A DNA stretch of 64,000 nucleotides. Source: Patescibacteria group bacterium UBA3466 (GTDB lineage: Bacteria > Patescibacteriota > Minisyncoccia > Phycocordibacterales > UBA918). Under the pieces are notes generated by a model. The model was not told the DNA's origin, did no database searches, and saw only the letters and a program-made list of their open reading frames with translations. Position 1 is the first letter of the stretch. Each line of letters begins with the position of its first letter. This document shows, in pieces, positions 46,972 to 56,712 of the stretch. The DNA lies in NCBI GenBank assembly GCA_002378195.1, contig DFRJ01000001.1, forward strand, positions 161,722-225,721, in the 5' to 3' direction. Both the position numbers and the translations under genes were made by a program.

Positions 46972-47891
46972 TAGTCAAAGAAATTAAGTCGGTAGCTATC
47001 AATTTCGCGTTGTTCCATGGTGTAGAAGGTGTCGCTCGAGCGGTGAATGTGTCGAGCTAGGTCGGTGCCTACAAAGCGCCAGTGCCATGGCTCGTAAATA
47101 TAAAATTCATTGTCAGGGGGGTAGGAGAGTATGAAGCCGTACTTGTAGGCGTTGCCTTCGAGCCATTTGAATTCTTCAGTTTGGTCGAAAGGTTGTTCCA
47201 GCTGGTAGCCGATGGCGGCTGTAGAAAAGTCGACGGCAGTACCGAGCTGGTGTTCAGAATAACCTTGGTCGGCTGAGAAGGCGTTGGCTCCGGTACCATA
47301 AATTTGCGTGAAATTACCTTTGATCTCACCTTGTTCATCGAAAGAGCGATAGGCGGATACAATCGAGAGAGCTACTCCATCATCTTCTGCTTCGTCCATC
47401 AGATCGTCTAGATGTTTGTAGGCGCGGTAGTGAAAATACTCGTCACCGCGGTCGGGAGCAACCCAGTCCTCTTTGAGTTGGCGTAGTCGCTCTGGCGTGT
47501 AGTTTTCGTTAAGGAAAGATACCTTTGAATACTTCATGAGAAGCTCTTCGTCGATGCTGGCTAGTTTGTCTAGATCACCGAGGGTGCCAGACAGGGCTCT
47601 GATTTGGTCTTCGAAGTCTTCATTGCGATTGCGCTCGTCTTGGTAGTTGTCAGCTAGCTCTTCTAAACTTTCCTTAAGGTCTTCGAGTTCGGATTTAAGG
47701 GTGTTGTTTTCGTTGGTGAGAGTGGTGGTGGTTTTGTTAAGTTCAGTGGTGAGAGATGAATTCTTTTGTTCCAAGCTAGAGATATTCGCGCTTTTCTCTT
47801 GACCTTCCACATACAGGTAGCTAGCGCTAGCGATACCAATGACGGCTAGGCCTCCGATGACATATAAAGTAGTGTCGTGCGGCAATTTCAT
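46971..47891 (-). CDS. M15B / VanY-type D,D-carboxypeptidase with TM anchor and coiled coil
   Basis: SAYRS, SEHQLGTAVD, AYKYGFILSYP, YEPWHWRFVG. Confidence 0.92.
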   Translation of the reverse strand: MKLPHDTTLYVIGGLAVIGIASASYLYVEGQEKSANISSLEQKNSSLTTELNKTTTTLTNENNTLKSELEDLKESLEELADNYQDERNRNEDFEDQIRALSGTLGDLDKLASIDEELLMKYSKVSFLNENYTPERLRQLKEDWVAPDRGDEYFHYRAYKHLDDLMDEAEDDGVALSIVSAYRSFDEQGEIKGNFTQIYGTGANAFSADQGYSEHQLGTAVDFSTAAIGYQLEQPFDQTEEFKWLEGNAYKYGFILSYPPDNEFYIYEPWHWRFVGTDLARHIHRSSDTFYTMEQREIDSYRLNFFD

Positions 47892-47974
47892 GTGCCTATT
47901 CTAACACGCGCTTTAGCCTTGAAGCTAAGGAGTATGTATGGTACTGTTCTGCCGTTATTAATTAAGACACACAC

Positions 47975-48481
47975 ATGTCTGATAAAGAAATGCCAGCAGT
48001 CGAAGCCGGTTCATACGAACTAGCTTTCCACGTACTTCCAACGATTGCTGAAGGGGAAGTGGCTCAAGTAGCACAAGATCTTAAAGATCTAATTACTAAG
48101 CATGGAGGTGAAATTACTTCTGAAGAAGCGCCAGCACGATTCGATCTCGCATACGAAATCGAAAAGTATCTAGAAGGACGAAATCGAAAGTTCTCTAGCG
48201 CGTACTTTGGATGGGTAAGATTTAGCATTGCACCGACTGAAGTCGATGAAATCAACGCTACAGTTGAAGCCAATGCTTCAGTATTGCGACACCTACTTAT
48301 CAAGTTGACTAAGGTAGAAGAAGCGAATCCTTTCTTCTTCCACGAAGCACTTGAAACTGATAGTAAGAGTGAAACAGTAGAGATTGGTGAAGAGACTGCA
48401 GTTGAAGCTAAAGAAGAAGATGCTAAGGAGGATGAAACTGAAGAAAAAGAAGAGGTAGCAGCTGAAGAAACTAAGGAATAA
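47975..48481 (+). CDS. rpsF: 30S ribosomal protein S6 with acidic tail
   Basis: YELAF...LAYEI...AYFGW...VLRHLLIK. Confidence 0.9.
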   Translation: MSDKEMPAVEAGSYELAFHVLPTIAEGEVAQVAQDLKDLITKHGGEITSEEAPARFDLAYEIEKYLEGRNRKFSSAYFGWVRFSIAPTEVDEINATVEANASVLRHLLIKLTKVEEANPFFFHEALETDSKSETVEIGEETAVEAKEEDAKEDETEEKEEVAAEETKE

Positions 48482-48488
48482 TTGTCGT

Positions 48489-48686
48489 ATGGAAAAAGAA
48501 ACAGTAAATCCACCAGCTAACCACATCGACTACAAGGATATCAATCGATTGCGGAGTAACGTAAACCCGCACTCACGTATGATGAGTCGACGTCGAACTG
48601 GTATGACTGCCAAGGGACAGCGAAATTTTGCGCGAGCTACTAAGCGAGCACGGTTCCTCGCTCTACTCCCATACATCCAGCATTAA
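48489..48686 (+). CDS. rpsR: 30S ribosomal protein S18 (Zn-free type)
   Basis: IDYKD...RRRTG..AKGQR...KRARFLALLPY. Confidence 0.95.
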   Translation: MEKETVNPPANHIDYKDINRLRSNVNPHSRMMSRRRTGMTAKGQRNFARATKRARFLALLPYIQH

Positions 48687-48812
48687 TTTCTACAAAAATA
48701 AAGTATCTGCACCAGCTTCCTGATTTTATCTCAGTCGCTGTATATAAAAATACAGCTTCCTCATAAAATCAGTCCAGCTGGCACACCTACAGTTATTTTT
48801 GAGAGAAATTAA
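48683..48812. repeat. Long imperfect hairpin element after rpsR
   Basis: ttaatttct...agaaattaa outer arms; inner tcagtcgctgtat...atacagcttcctc. Confidence 0.6.
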
Positions 48813-48931
48813 CAACTCACTCAAACTTGAGTAATGAAACCACCCCTTCCAGGGTGGTTTTGTGTAATGTGGCGGGGTATTAGCAGACAGGTTATAATAG
48901 CTCCATATTCAAATAAAGAGGAATCTATTAT

Positions 48932-49375
48932 ATGTATCTAAACAAAGCAATGATCTACGGAAACCTAACTAGGGATCCAGAACTGAAAGCTCTGCCAAGC
49001 GGAATGAACGTTTGCTCAATGTCTATTGCAACCAATCGCGTATATAAAGACCGGGATGGTAACAGACAAGAAAATGTTGATTATCACAACATTGTTGTGT
49101 TCGGTAATCAGGCGGAAAATAGCGCCAAGTATCTCTCGAAAGGTAACGGAGTGTACGTAGAAGGGAGACTCCAGACTCGAAGTTGGGAAAAGGATGGGCA
49201 AAAGCAGTACCGAACCGAGATCGTGGCCGATCGTGTACAATTTGGTCCAAAGGGCGGAAGTGGGAGCTCAGCTCCAGCCAGCGGGGGAGACTCAGCTCCG
49301 AAGGATGATGGTAAGGCGCCAGCGGTACCAGACTACCCAGAAGAGGAAATCAATCCAGAAGACATCCCATTTTAG
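48932..49375 (+). CDS. ssb: Single-stranded DNA-binding protein
   Basis: LNKAMIYGNLTRDPE, VEGRLQTRSW, C-terminal EDIPF. Confidence 0.98.
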   Translation: MYLNKAMIYGNLTRDPELKALPSGMNVCSMSIATNRVYKDRDGNRQENVDYHNIVVFGNQAENSAKYLSKGNGVYVEGRLQTRSWEKDGQKQYRTEIVADRVQFGPKGGSGSSAPASGGDSAPKDDGKAPAVPDYPEEEINPEDIPF

Positions 49376-49494
49376 TCAAAAGATATAATTCATCTACTTT
49401 GTCGCAACTTCGTTTTTATCAGTCACGGTAGCAGCCTACCGTTTCCTCTAGAAACTTGTTGCTCCTCGTATCTGGATCATCCTTTTGGCTAAAA
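49370..49494. repeat. Long imperfect hairpin element after ssb
   Basis: ttttagtcaaaag...cttttggctaaaa outer arms; inner tcagtcacggtag...ctaccgtttcctc. Confidence 0.6.
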
Positions 49495-49527
49495 ATAAAA
49501 GCCGGAAGCTTTGCTTCCGGCTTTTTC

Positions 49528-50103
49528 TTAGGCTTTATCTACTCTCGCAGTGTATTCACCACTATCAGTATTTACTGCCACCACATCACCCTCGTTGATG
49601 AATTGGGGAACTTGCAGTGAGAAGCCGGTTTCGAGAATGGCTTCTTTGGTTGCTCCGCTTGAGGTATTACCTTTGACCGCATCAGGAGCCTCTTTTACTT
49701 TAAGCTCTACCTTAATCGGAATATTCACACTCATTATCTCCTCATCAAATACAATCGCTTCTACTTCAGAGTTTTCTGTCACAAAGCTTTTAAGTTCTCC
49801 AACTACTTCTGCGCTTAGGTTAAATCTATCCTTTGGATTATCTGGGGCGCAGAACCAATATTCACCACGGTTCTCGTATAGGTACTTGACTTGTTGCTTT
49901 GAGATATCCGCTTCTTGCAGGACATCAGATTGATGGAATGTTTTCTCGATAACATTTCCAGTCCGAAGATTTTTCATCCGAACGTTGTTGCTGGCCTTTT
50001 GCCGGTCTTTCTTTGAGATGTTTGAAGAAAGTATCAAGTATGGATCATTATCCATGGTGACGGTTCGCTTCGGTAAGATTTGATTGTATTCTACTTTTGC
50101 CAT
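49528..50103 (-). CDS. efp: Elongation factor P
   Basis: KNLRTG, VKGNTSSGATKEAILETG..VPQFINEGD..VNT..GEY; start at Met 50103. Confidence 0.93.
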   Translation of the reverse strand: MAKVEYNQILPKRTVTMDNDPYLILSSNISKKDRQKASNNVRMKNLRTGNVIEKTFHQSDVLQEADISKQQVKYLYENRGEYWFCAPDNPKDRFNLSAEVVGELKSFVTENSEVEAIVFDEEIMSVNIPIKVELKVKEAPDAVKGNTSSGATKEAILETGFSLQVPQFINEGDVVAVNTDSGEYTARVDKA

Positions 50104-50195
50104 ATTTCTATTTAAATTTTGTGCACATTTTATAGCAGGAAAGGGAGATTGCGCAACTTCTCTCAAGTTTTTGTAGTGATACTATGTGAAGACAT

Positions 50196-50786
50196 ATGTT
50201 GGGTTTCAATGAGCAACCAGATGAAGAATTGGAAGACGAAGTGGTCCTCCGTCGCTCGCAATCATCACCGTGGATGTTTGCTATTTTGGTGGGTCGTTAC
50301 GAAGAACCTTTCTTACGTAAGGCCAAGACAATTGTTCGTAACCCACTCGATGCTGAAGAGGTAGTGCAGGATGCTTTCACTAAGATCTATGTTAATGCTG
50401 ATAAATACTCCCCGCAAGACGGCGCTAAGTTTTCGTCTTGGGCGTATCGTATTCTCATGAATACAGCCTTTACGCGCTATCAAAAGCTCGTGAAGAATAG
50501 CGAGCGGTTTGCCGCAATGGATCCAGAATACGAACAACATTACGGCGAGTGGGCGTTGCATTCCGGCTTTAACCACAAGCAAGACGCGATTGAGCGAGTG
50601 CTAGAGAAACTCCCAGGACATTTTGCTGTGGTACTACGTTGGCATTACCTTGAACGCTGGTCCCACCAAGATATTGCGAATGAAACAGGGGAGAATGTCG
50701 GCACTATCAAAGCTCGTATCCACCGCGCTAAAGCCGCCTTTCGTAAAAAGGCAGATGGAAAGGAGTCAGAGTTATTGGCTGATTAG
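50196..50786 (+). CDS. ECF RNA polymerase sigma factor
   Basis: DAEEVVQDAF.K, FSSWAYRI..N, GTIKARIHRAK. Confidence 0.92.
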   Translation: MLGFNEQPDEELEDEVVLRRSQSSPWMFAILVGRYEEPFLRKAKTIVRNPLDAEEVVQDAFTKIYVNADKYSPQDGAKFSSWAYRILMNTAFTRYQKLVKNSERFAAMDPEYEQHYGEWALHSGFNHKQDAIERVLEKLPGHFAVVLRWHYLERWSHQDIANETGENVGTIKARIHRAKAAFRKKADGKESELLAD

Positions 50787-50845
50787 GTTGACATATCTTA
50801 TTTACAACGTATAGTAATTTTGAATCAGTTTCTTTTGGAGGTCAC

Positions 50846-51310
50846 ATGTTCGGTGGTTTTTCTTGGCAAGTACAAGCATTATTTGGAATGTGTGTAATGG
50901 CAACGTACTCGTTGTTTGTTCCATTCATGTTTAAAAACTTCGGGATTAAACCCGCTGAGACAGCGTCGCTCTGGCTTATTGGTACCACTATTGGCGTCAC
51001 GAGTATATCGTTCCTGTCTTCTGGGGGGATTAAGTTTGGTGGAAGCTACAGCATTGCACTGGTTGTAGTGTTGATCGGTCTAGTGTTTGGGGCATTAATG
51101 AATGTTGCGATTGCTCAGTCATTTACCAAAGCTCCAAACCCGGCATATACCAACATGATCATCAATATGGTTACTGTAACGGTGTTTGCCTTAGGTTTTG
51201 CCATGTTTAAGTTGTTTCCATCTTACTTTCCGGAGGTTCATATTAACTGGCGGGGGATTTTGGCTATTCTGCTTGGTTTTGCGAGTGTTTATCTTGCTTC
51301 GACCAGTTAA
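50846..51310 (+). CDS. EamA/DMT-like membrane protein
   Basis: Five TM segments, APNPAY motif, SD GGAGG. Confidence 0.6.
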   Translation: MFGGFSWQVQALFGMCVMATYSLFVPFMFKNFGIKPAETASLWLIGTTIGVTSISFLSSGGIKFGGSYSIALVVVLIGLVFGALMNVAIAQSFTKAPNPAYTNMIINMVTVTVFALGFAMFKLFPSYFPEVHINWRGILAILLGFASVYLASTS

Positions 51311-51386
51311 TAATTGGCATTTCAGGCCCGCAATAGTAATGTTGTGGGCCTGTAACTTTTTTGTTACTAGTTAGTTATATAAGAGT

Positions 51387-51728
51387 ATGGAATCACAAAG
51401 TTTACAATCAGCCATTATGCGACGAGTGTATTATAGCTACGCGATCAGCTTGTTCACTCACGCTATGTTTTGGCAAGGTTTATTTTTGAGTGTCGCGACT
51501 CTCATGTTGGCTAAGTGGCTCCATGTTGCGAGCATAGTAAATAACTTTTTATCTGTACCGGTTGGTCAAACGCCACAATATGTCTACAACTCCTTTGTGG
51601 AAGCGATCAACCACGGGGAAATTATCACCGCCCTGACGTTAGTGCTAGCGAGCGGCGTAGCTGTCCAAGCTGGCTACCAGCTCATGCAATTCATGGCTTC
51701 ACGGTCAACAGTGTTGTCGCGAGTTTAA
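51387..51728 (+). CDS. Small membrane protein (candidate anti-sigma partner)
   Basis: LQSAIMRRV N-terminus plus TM helices, near the ECF sigma gene. Confidence 0.55.
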   Translation: MESQSLQSAIMRRVYYSYAISLFTHAMFWQGLFLSVATLMLAKWLHVASIVNNFLSVPVGQTPQYVYNSFVEAINHGEIITALTLVLASGVAVQAGYQLMQFMASRSTVLSRV

Positions 51729-51736
51729 TAGTAAAT

Positions 51737-51769
51737 AAAAAAGGCCGGCGCCGAAGGCGCCGGCCTTTT
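51737..51769. terminator. GCCGGCGCC palindrome (bidirectional)
   Basis: aaaaggccggcgcc-gaa-ggcgccggcctttt. Confidence 0.8.
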
Positions 51770-51809
51770 GTTTATGATTCGTGCCATCTCTACGGACGAG
51801 GATGGCTAG

Positions 51810-51969
51810 CGGATCGGCTCCAAGAATATATTGGCTTTGCTTAGTACCAGCTGATTTTGCGTATTGAATTTCAGTAGTACGTTAAGTGATTGGACAGACT
51901 CGGTGATCCTAGTCCTTTCTAGGAAAGGAAAGGACTGACGGATCGGCTCCAAGAATATATTGGCTTTGC
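51810..51969 (-). repeat. Perfect 31-bp direct repeat downstream of recA (51810-51840 and 51939-51969)
   Basis: cggatcggctccaagaatatattggctttgc occurs twice. Confidence 0.9.
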
Positions 51970-51972
51970 CAA

Positions 51973-53049
51973 TTATTCTTGGGCCTCCTCTTTCATCGCT
52001 TTTCTAATATTCTTCAAAAGTTCGTTCTTGAGTTTCTTTTCAGACTTAAGGGTCTTTCTAGCTGCGTCGTAACCACGACCAAGTTTCACAATAGTGGATT
52101 CGTCGCCTCCTGGGGGAGTGTATGAATACGAGGCGCCAGACTTAGCGACCATTTTGTATTTTTCTCCCAAGGCTAGTAGTTCGCCCTCACTGGAGATCCC
52201 TTCGCCGTATATCAGGTCGAACTCGGTGGTTCTAAATGGCGCTGCGACCTTGTTTTTAACCACTTTCACGCGGTGTCGACCACCAACTACTTCGTCACCC
52301 TTTTTAATTTGAGCGATACGGCGAATATCCAGTCGGACAGAAGTATAGAATTTTAGTGCTTTACCACCCGGGGTAGTTTCTGGATTACCAAACATCACCC
52401 CGACTTGCATGCGGATTTGGTTGATAAAAATAACCACAGTCTTACTCTTGGCCACAATACCAGTGAGTTTCCGCAGTGCCTGACTCATCAAACGAGCCTG
52501 CTTGCCGACGTGGTGCGCGCCCATTTCGCCTTCAATCTCATCACGGGGGGTGAGGGCAGCGACCGAGTCAACTACAATCACATCTAGCTTACCTGAGCGT
52601 ACTAGAGACTCAACAATTTCTAAGGCTTGCTCACCGTTGTCGGGCTGCGACACCAACAGTTCGTCTAGTTTGACGCCCAAGTTCTTCGCGTACTCAGGGT
52701 CCATGGCATGCTCAGCGTCAATAAAGGCACAGATGCCGCCCATTTTTTGCGCTTCAGCTACAGCGTGAAGGGAAAGGGTGGTCTTACCAGAAGATTCTGG
52801 TCCGTAGATTTCAATGATTCGCCCGCGGGGAAGACCGCCGATTCCAAGTGCGTCATCAAGACCGATTGATCCAGTTGGGATAGATTCGATATCAACCTTC
52901 TTGGTTTCGTCCAGGGTCATTATCGCTTCGTCACCAAACTTGGTTTTGATGCTACGCAGAGTTTCGGTAATTTGACTCGCGTCACCAGTAGTTTCTTCAG
53001 CCGCCGCTTCTTTTTTAGTTTTAGTTGTCTTCTTTGCTTTTCCCGCCAT
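51973..53049 (-). CDS. recA: Recombinase A
   Basis: [35 protein letters not shown]. Confidence 0.99.
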   Translation of the reverse strand: MAGKAKKTTKTKKEAAAEETTGDASQITETLRSIKTKFGDEAIMTLDETKKVDIESIPTGSIGLDDALGIGGLPRGRIIEIYGPESSGKTTLSLHAVAEAQKMGGICAFIDAEHAMDPEYAKNLGVKLDELLVSQPDNGEQALEIVESLVRSGKLDVIVVDSVAALTPRDEIEGEMGAHHVGKQARLMSQALRKLTGIVAKSKTVVIFINQIRMQVGVMFGNPETTPGGKALKFYTSVRLDIRRIAQIKKGDEVVGGRHRVKVVKNKVAAPFRTTEFDLIYGEGISSEGELLALGEKYKMVAKSGASYSYTPPGGDESTIVKLGRGYDAARKTLKSEKKLKNELLKNIRKAMKEEAQE

Positions 53050-53110
53050 ATATAATGTGTGTTTTTTATTAATTTATGTAATTTTAACATTTTCTAGCTT
53101 CAAACAGTCT

Positions 53111-53479
53111 TTACTGAATGAAAGAAGAGGGGTTATACATATATTGTCTAGTTACTAATGTTTTGCGTCCGTAGCGGTCCTCGGCCTTCAGGGCTACAGT
53201 GGTGTAGCCATTTTCTAGAATTAGTGTTTCATGAAATCGCCCTTGAGCATCGGTAAATATCTGTCGATCGTTGACCCAAAGACGAGAGATGTTGTAGGCG
53301 TCTCCAGATAAAACGATGGCGCGGCTATTTTGACGCAAGGATGGCTCGTCCACCAATCTGATTTGCGGCCCGATGATAAAGTAGCGTGATTGGAATACTA
53401 TATAGGTAACCATTAACATAAAGCCAATGGAAATTAGGGACATCTTTACAACAGTTCTGAACGGAATTGATGTCTCCAT
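53111..53479 (-). CDS. Membrane-anchored Ig-like hypothetical protein
   Basis: TM helix plus GPQI...LENGY...AEDRYG. Confidence 0.7.
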   Translation of the reverse strand: METSIPFRTVVKMSLISIGFMLMVTYIVFQSRYFIIGPQIRLVDEPSLRQNSRAIVLSGDAYNISRLWVNDRQIFTDAQGRFHETLILENGYTTVALKAEDRYGRKTLVTRQYMYNPSSFIQ

Positions 53480-53482
53480 AGG

Positions 53483-55714
53483 CTAGTATTCTTGCTGCTC
53501 GCTAGCTCCTTCGTCTTCATCATCCTCATCTTCATCCTCTGAGACGGCTTCTTCTGCTTGTCCAGTCATGAGGATTTCACGAGCCTTAGATCCGTCGGCT
53601 GGTCCGATTACACCGTTTTCTTCCAACAGGTCCATCAAACGAGCTGCTCTCGAGTAGCCAACTCTTAGTTTTCTTTGGATGTATGAGGTTGAAGCTTTAT
53701 TGGCCTCGATCACAGCCATTTTGGCGTCTTCGTATAAGTCATCGTCAGCATCATCGCCGCCAACCATGGCATTGAACACCGCGTCATTACTGCCACCCTG
53801 TTCTTCGAAGTTGATGGTGTCGAGCTCTTGAGCGTCTTGATTCTTTAGGTAATCAACCACTTTCTTAATTTCTTCTTCAGATACATACGCTGATTGCAGT
53901 CGGACCGGCTTGGGGCTATCAGACGATAGGTACAGCATGTCACCTTGTCCCAACAGTTTTTCTGCTCCTGGCGAATCGATAATGGTGCGAGAGTCAATTT
54001 GAGACGCTACCATGAGAGCAACTCGGGTAGGGATGTTGGCTTTAATAGTACCGGTAATTACGTTTACTGATGGTCGCTGGGTCGCCAAAATGAGGTGAAT
54101 TCCCACCGCTCGACTCATTTGGGCCAATCGGACGATCATGGCTTCAAGTTCGCGCGGGTAGGCCTGCATCAAGTCGTTTAGCTCATCGAGGATGATGACA
54201 ATATAAGGAAGGGATTCTGGCAGATTGACCCGGTCTTCTTCATTTGAACCATTTGCTTCCCATTCTTCTTTAGCTGGGTTGTATACATTGTTGTGGTATG
54301 AAGAAATATTTTGAACTTTTTCGGCCTCGAGAATGTCGTAGCGTCGCTCCATTTCTTTTACTGCCCATGAGAGTGCCTGAATAGCCTTCTTAGCCTGAGT
54401 GATCACAGGGGTCAGCAGGTGAGGGATTTTGTTGTAGAGAGTGAGCTCAACTCGTTTCGGGTCAACTAGAATGAAACGTAGCTGGTCTGGGGAATTACGG
54501 TAGAGAAGAGAGATGATGACGTTGTGAATAGCTACCGACTTACCAGCCCCGGTGGTACCGGCAATCAGGCCGTGGGGCATACGGGCCACATTTGAAAAGT
54601 GGACGTTACCGGTCACGTCTTTACCGAGAGCGGCGATTAGTGGATGCGGAGAGTCTGTATACTCTGGGGTCGATAGAAGGGTAGATAAGCCAACAGTCGC
54701 GCGTTTTTCGTTTGGTACTTCAATACCGACCAATGATTTACCAGGGATTGGAGCTTCAATACGGATAGAGCTGGCCTTGAGGGCGAGTTGTAGTTCTTGT
54801 TGCAAGCCAGCAATCTTAGCAATTCGAACACCTTGCGCTGGCTTCAAGGCATAGCGGGTGATAGTCGGTCCACTTTCAACTGCGTCCATTTCAACACTAA
54901 TACCAAATTCTCGCAGCGTCCGCTTGATGGTTTTGGCGTTTTCTTTTACGTCGCCAATTTGTGCCTTACCTTTTTCTTTGTTGAGTAAAGAGAGAGAGGG
55001 GGCTACGTAGGTGCCGCTAAAGTTTTTGATAACAATTTCATTATTCTTTGATTTGCCAAACTTAGACATTTTCTTCGAGACCGCCGATAGGGCTGACCCT
55101 TTTTCTTCCTCGTCTTCCTCCGATTCTTCGTCGCCGTCTGTTGGTTCGGCCTCTTCTTCTAGTTCTTCCTCGGGCAGTCCCAAGTCGTCAAAATCTTCGT
55201 CTGCAAATTCGTCCTCCTCTTTCTTACTTAAGAATGGAATCTTTAAGCCGGTATTAAATAGAAGGAAGAGAGAGATGAGTACTAAACCGAAGATGAGTAC
55301 ACCAGACACAACCGACCCAAGTAGGGCCGCTAGAGGCCAGGCGAGGGCGAGTCCAGTAAAACCACCCAAGCCTTCTCCGTACAATTCGAGACCTCCGAGC
55401 AGTGAAAGGAACAAAAGTATAGTACCGGTGATTTTGGCGCCGCTTACTTCGCTACCTTCTTCTTTGGGATTCAACAATACAAATATATAGACCACACAGG
55501 CAAAAGGGGCGAGCCAAGCACCTGTACCAAATAGAGCTTTGAGGGCGACGTCTGTTAGCTCGCCCGCCGGTCCAGCATACTCGAGTAGCGAGAACAGAAA
55601 AAAGACGGCAATGATGCCCATTAGGACGGCGCCGATGGCTTGCTTGGCTTGGGGTGAAAGATCATCAAACCACGGTTCACTTTCTACTTTCTTTCTTTTC
55701 TTTTTACGTGCCAT
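53483..55714 (-). CDS. ftsK: DNA translocase FtsK
   Basis: N-terminal TM helices, RIEAPIPGKS, AGTTGAGKS, ATQRPS, gamma domain QRKLRVGYSRAARLMD. Confidence 0.97.
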   Translation of the reverse strand: MARKKKRKKVESEPWFDDLSPQAKQAIGAVLMGIIAVFFLFSLLEYAGPAGELTDVALKALFGTGAWLAPFACVVYIFVLLNPKEEGSEVSGAKITGTILLFLSLLGGLELYGEGLGGFTGLALAWPLAALLGSVVSGVLIFGLVLISLFLLFNTGLKIPFLSKKEEDEFADEDFDDLGLPEEELEEEAEPTDGDEESEEDEEEKGSALSAVSKKMSKFGKSKNNEIVIKNFSGTYVAPSLSLLNKEKGKAQIGDVKENAKTIKRTLREFGISVEMDAVESGPTITRYALKPAQGVRIAKIAGLQQELQLALKASSIRIEAPIPGKSLVGIEVPNEKRATVGLSTLLSTPEYTDSPHPLIAALGKDVTGNVHFSNVARMPHGLIAGTTGAGKSVAIHNVIISLLYRNSPDQLRFILVDPKRVELTLYNKIPHLLTPVITQAKKAIQALSWAVKEMERRYDILEAEKVQNISSYHNNVYNPAKEEWEANGSNEEDRVNLPESLPYIVIILDELNDLMQAYPRELEAMIVRLAQMSRAVGIHLILATQRPSVNVITGTIKANIPTRVALMVASQIDSRTIIDSPGAEKLLGQGDMLYLSSDSPKPVRLQSAYVSEEEIKKVVDYLKNQDAQELDTINFEEQGGSNDAVFNAMVGGDDADDDLYEDAKMAVIEANKASTSYIQRKLRVGYSRAARLMDLLEENGVIGPADGSKAREILMTGQAEEAVSEDEDEDDEDEGASEQQEY

Positions 55715-55904
55715 ATAGGGTCTATTGCAATGCTGGATAACTTTTAAATAATGCCTCCATAATATCACGTATCGCTTGTATGCCGCATCAAAACTAGAGC
55801 TTAAAAAGACAGTTTAGGGTAGCTTGCATTAATTAAAAATGTCCTTATAGTGGTAAATACGAAAGGGGACTTTAGTCTTTAAAAGTTTAAACGACAAGGA
55901 CAGT

Positions 55905-56645
55905 ATGCAGATAGAAAAGGACAGTAAGATAAAAATTAAAAGACTTTCAAGTGACGAAAACTACTATAATAATGTCTTTAAAAAGGCAGAAAAGATCGTG
56001 TCCGTTATATTTTATGTTGTCTCTGAGACTAGTATAAACAATAAGACAGAAAGTCATCTAAATAAACTAAAAGACATAGCTTTTAAAACTCACGAACTGT
56101 CTCTTAACACCTTGTCTCTTCAAAGTCATGAACAATTTCAAGGACTGTACGCTTTTCAAAATTCACTCGTCTCGCTAGCGAGCTACTTGAAGATTGCCAA
56201 CACGGCTCAGGTGGTAACTAGTGAGATTCACAACCTACTAGCTGATCAACTAGATATCGTGCAGCGCTATCTAAATAACCATTACTTAAGTAATGACGGT
56301 ATTGCCATAGACTCATTGGTAGACAAGTTGGACTTAGCGAGCAAGGCTCCAAAGACAAAGGGTGTCAATTCGGCTACAGGCGGGACGCGACAACGGCGGG
56401 TGAATATCCCGGCGGGAGACATTAGTACCGATGCTTATATGGTACATAGCCAGATGACCGATAGAGGAGAGAGAATAAAGACAGTCCTTGAAGCAAAGCC
56501 GCAAGCAACCATTAAAGACATTGCAGAAGTGATTACGGACGTAAGCGAAAAGACAATTCAAAGAGAGTTGAATAGTCTTATAGAAAAAGGACAAGTGTTC
56601 AGGGAAGGAGAAAGGCGTTGGTCTAGATACTCGGTTTCTAAATAG
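55905..56645 (+). CDS. Protein with a C-terminal DeoR-type winged HTH
   Basis: TIKDIAEVITDVSEKTIQRELNSLIEKG...GERRWSRY. Confidence 0.82.
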   Translation: MQIEKDSKIKIKRLSSDENYYNNVFKKAEKIVSVIFYVVSETSINNKTESHLNKLKDIAFKTHELSLNTLSLQSHEQFQGLYAFQNSLVSLASYLKIANTAQVVTSEIHNLLADQLDIVQRYLNNHYLSNDGIAIDSLVDKLDLASKAPKTKGVNSATGGTRQRRVNIPAGDISTDAYMVHSQMTDRGERIKTVLEAKPQATIKDIAEVITDVSEKTIQRELNSLIEKGQVFREGERRWSRYSVSK

Positions 56646-56681
56646 CTTGTACTTTATATCAATAAAGTCCTATTTAAGTTT

Positions 56682-56712
56682 TGTCCGTTTGACCTATAAG
56701 GTCAAACGGACA
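56682..56712. promoter_or_regulatory. Perfect inverted repeat downstream of the HTH gene
   Basis: tgtccgtttgacct-ata-aggtcaaacggaca. Confidence 0.6.

Noticed and set aside
51810-51969. CRISPR array
   Set aside because: Only two repeats, a 98-bp spacer and no cas genes; kept as an unexplained repeat
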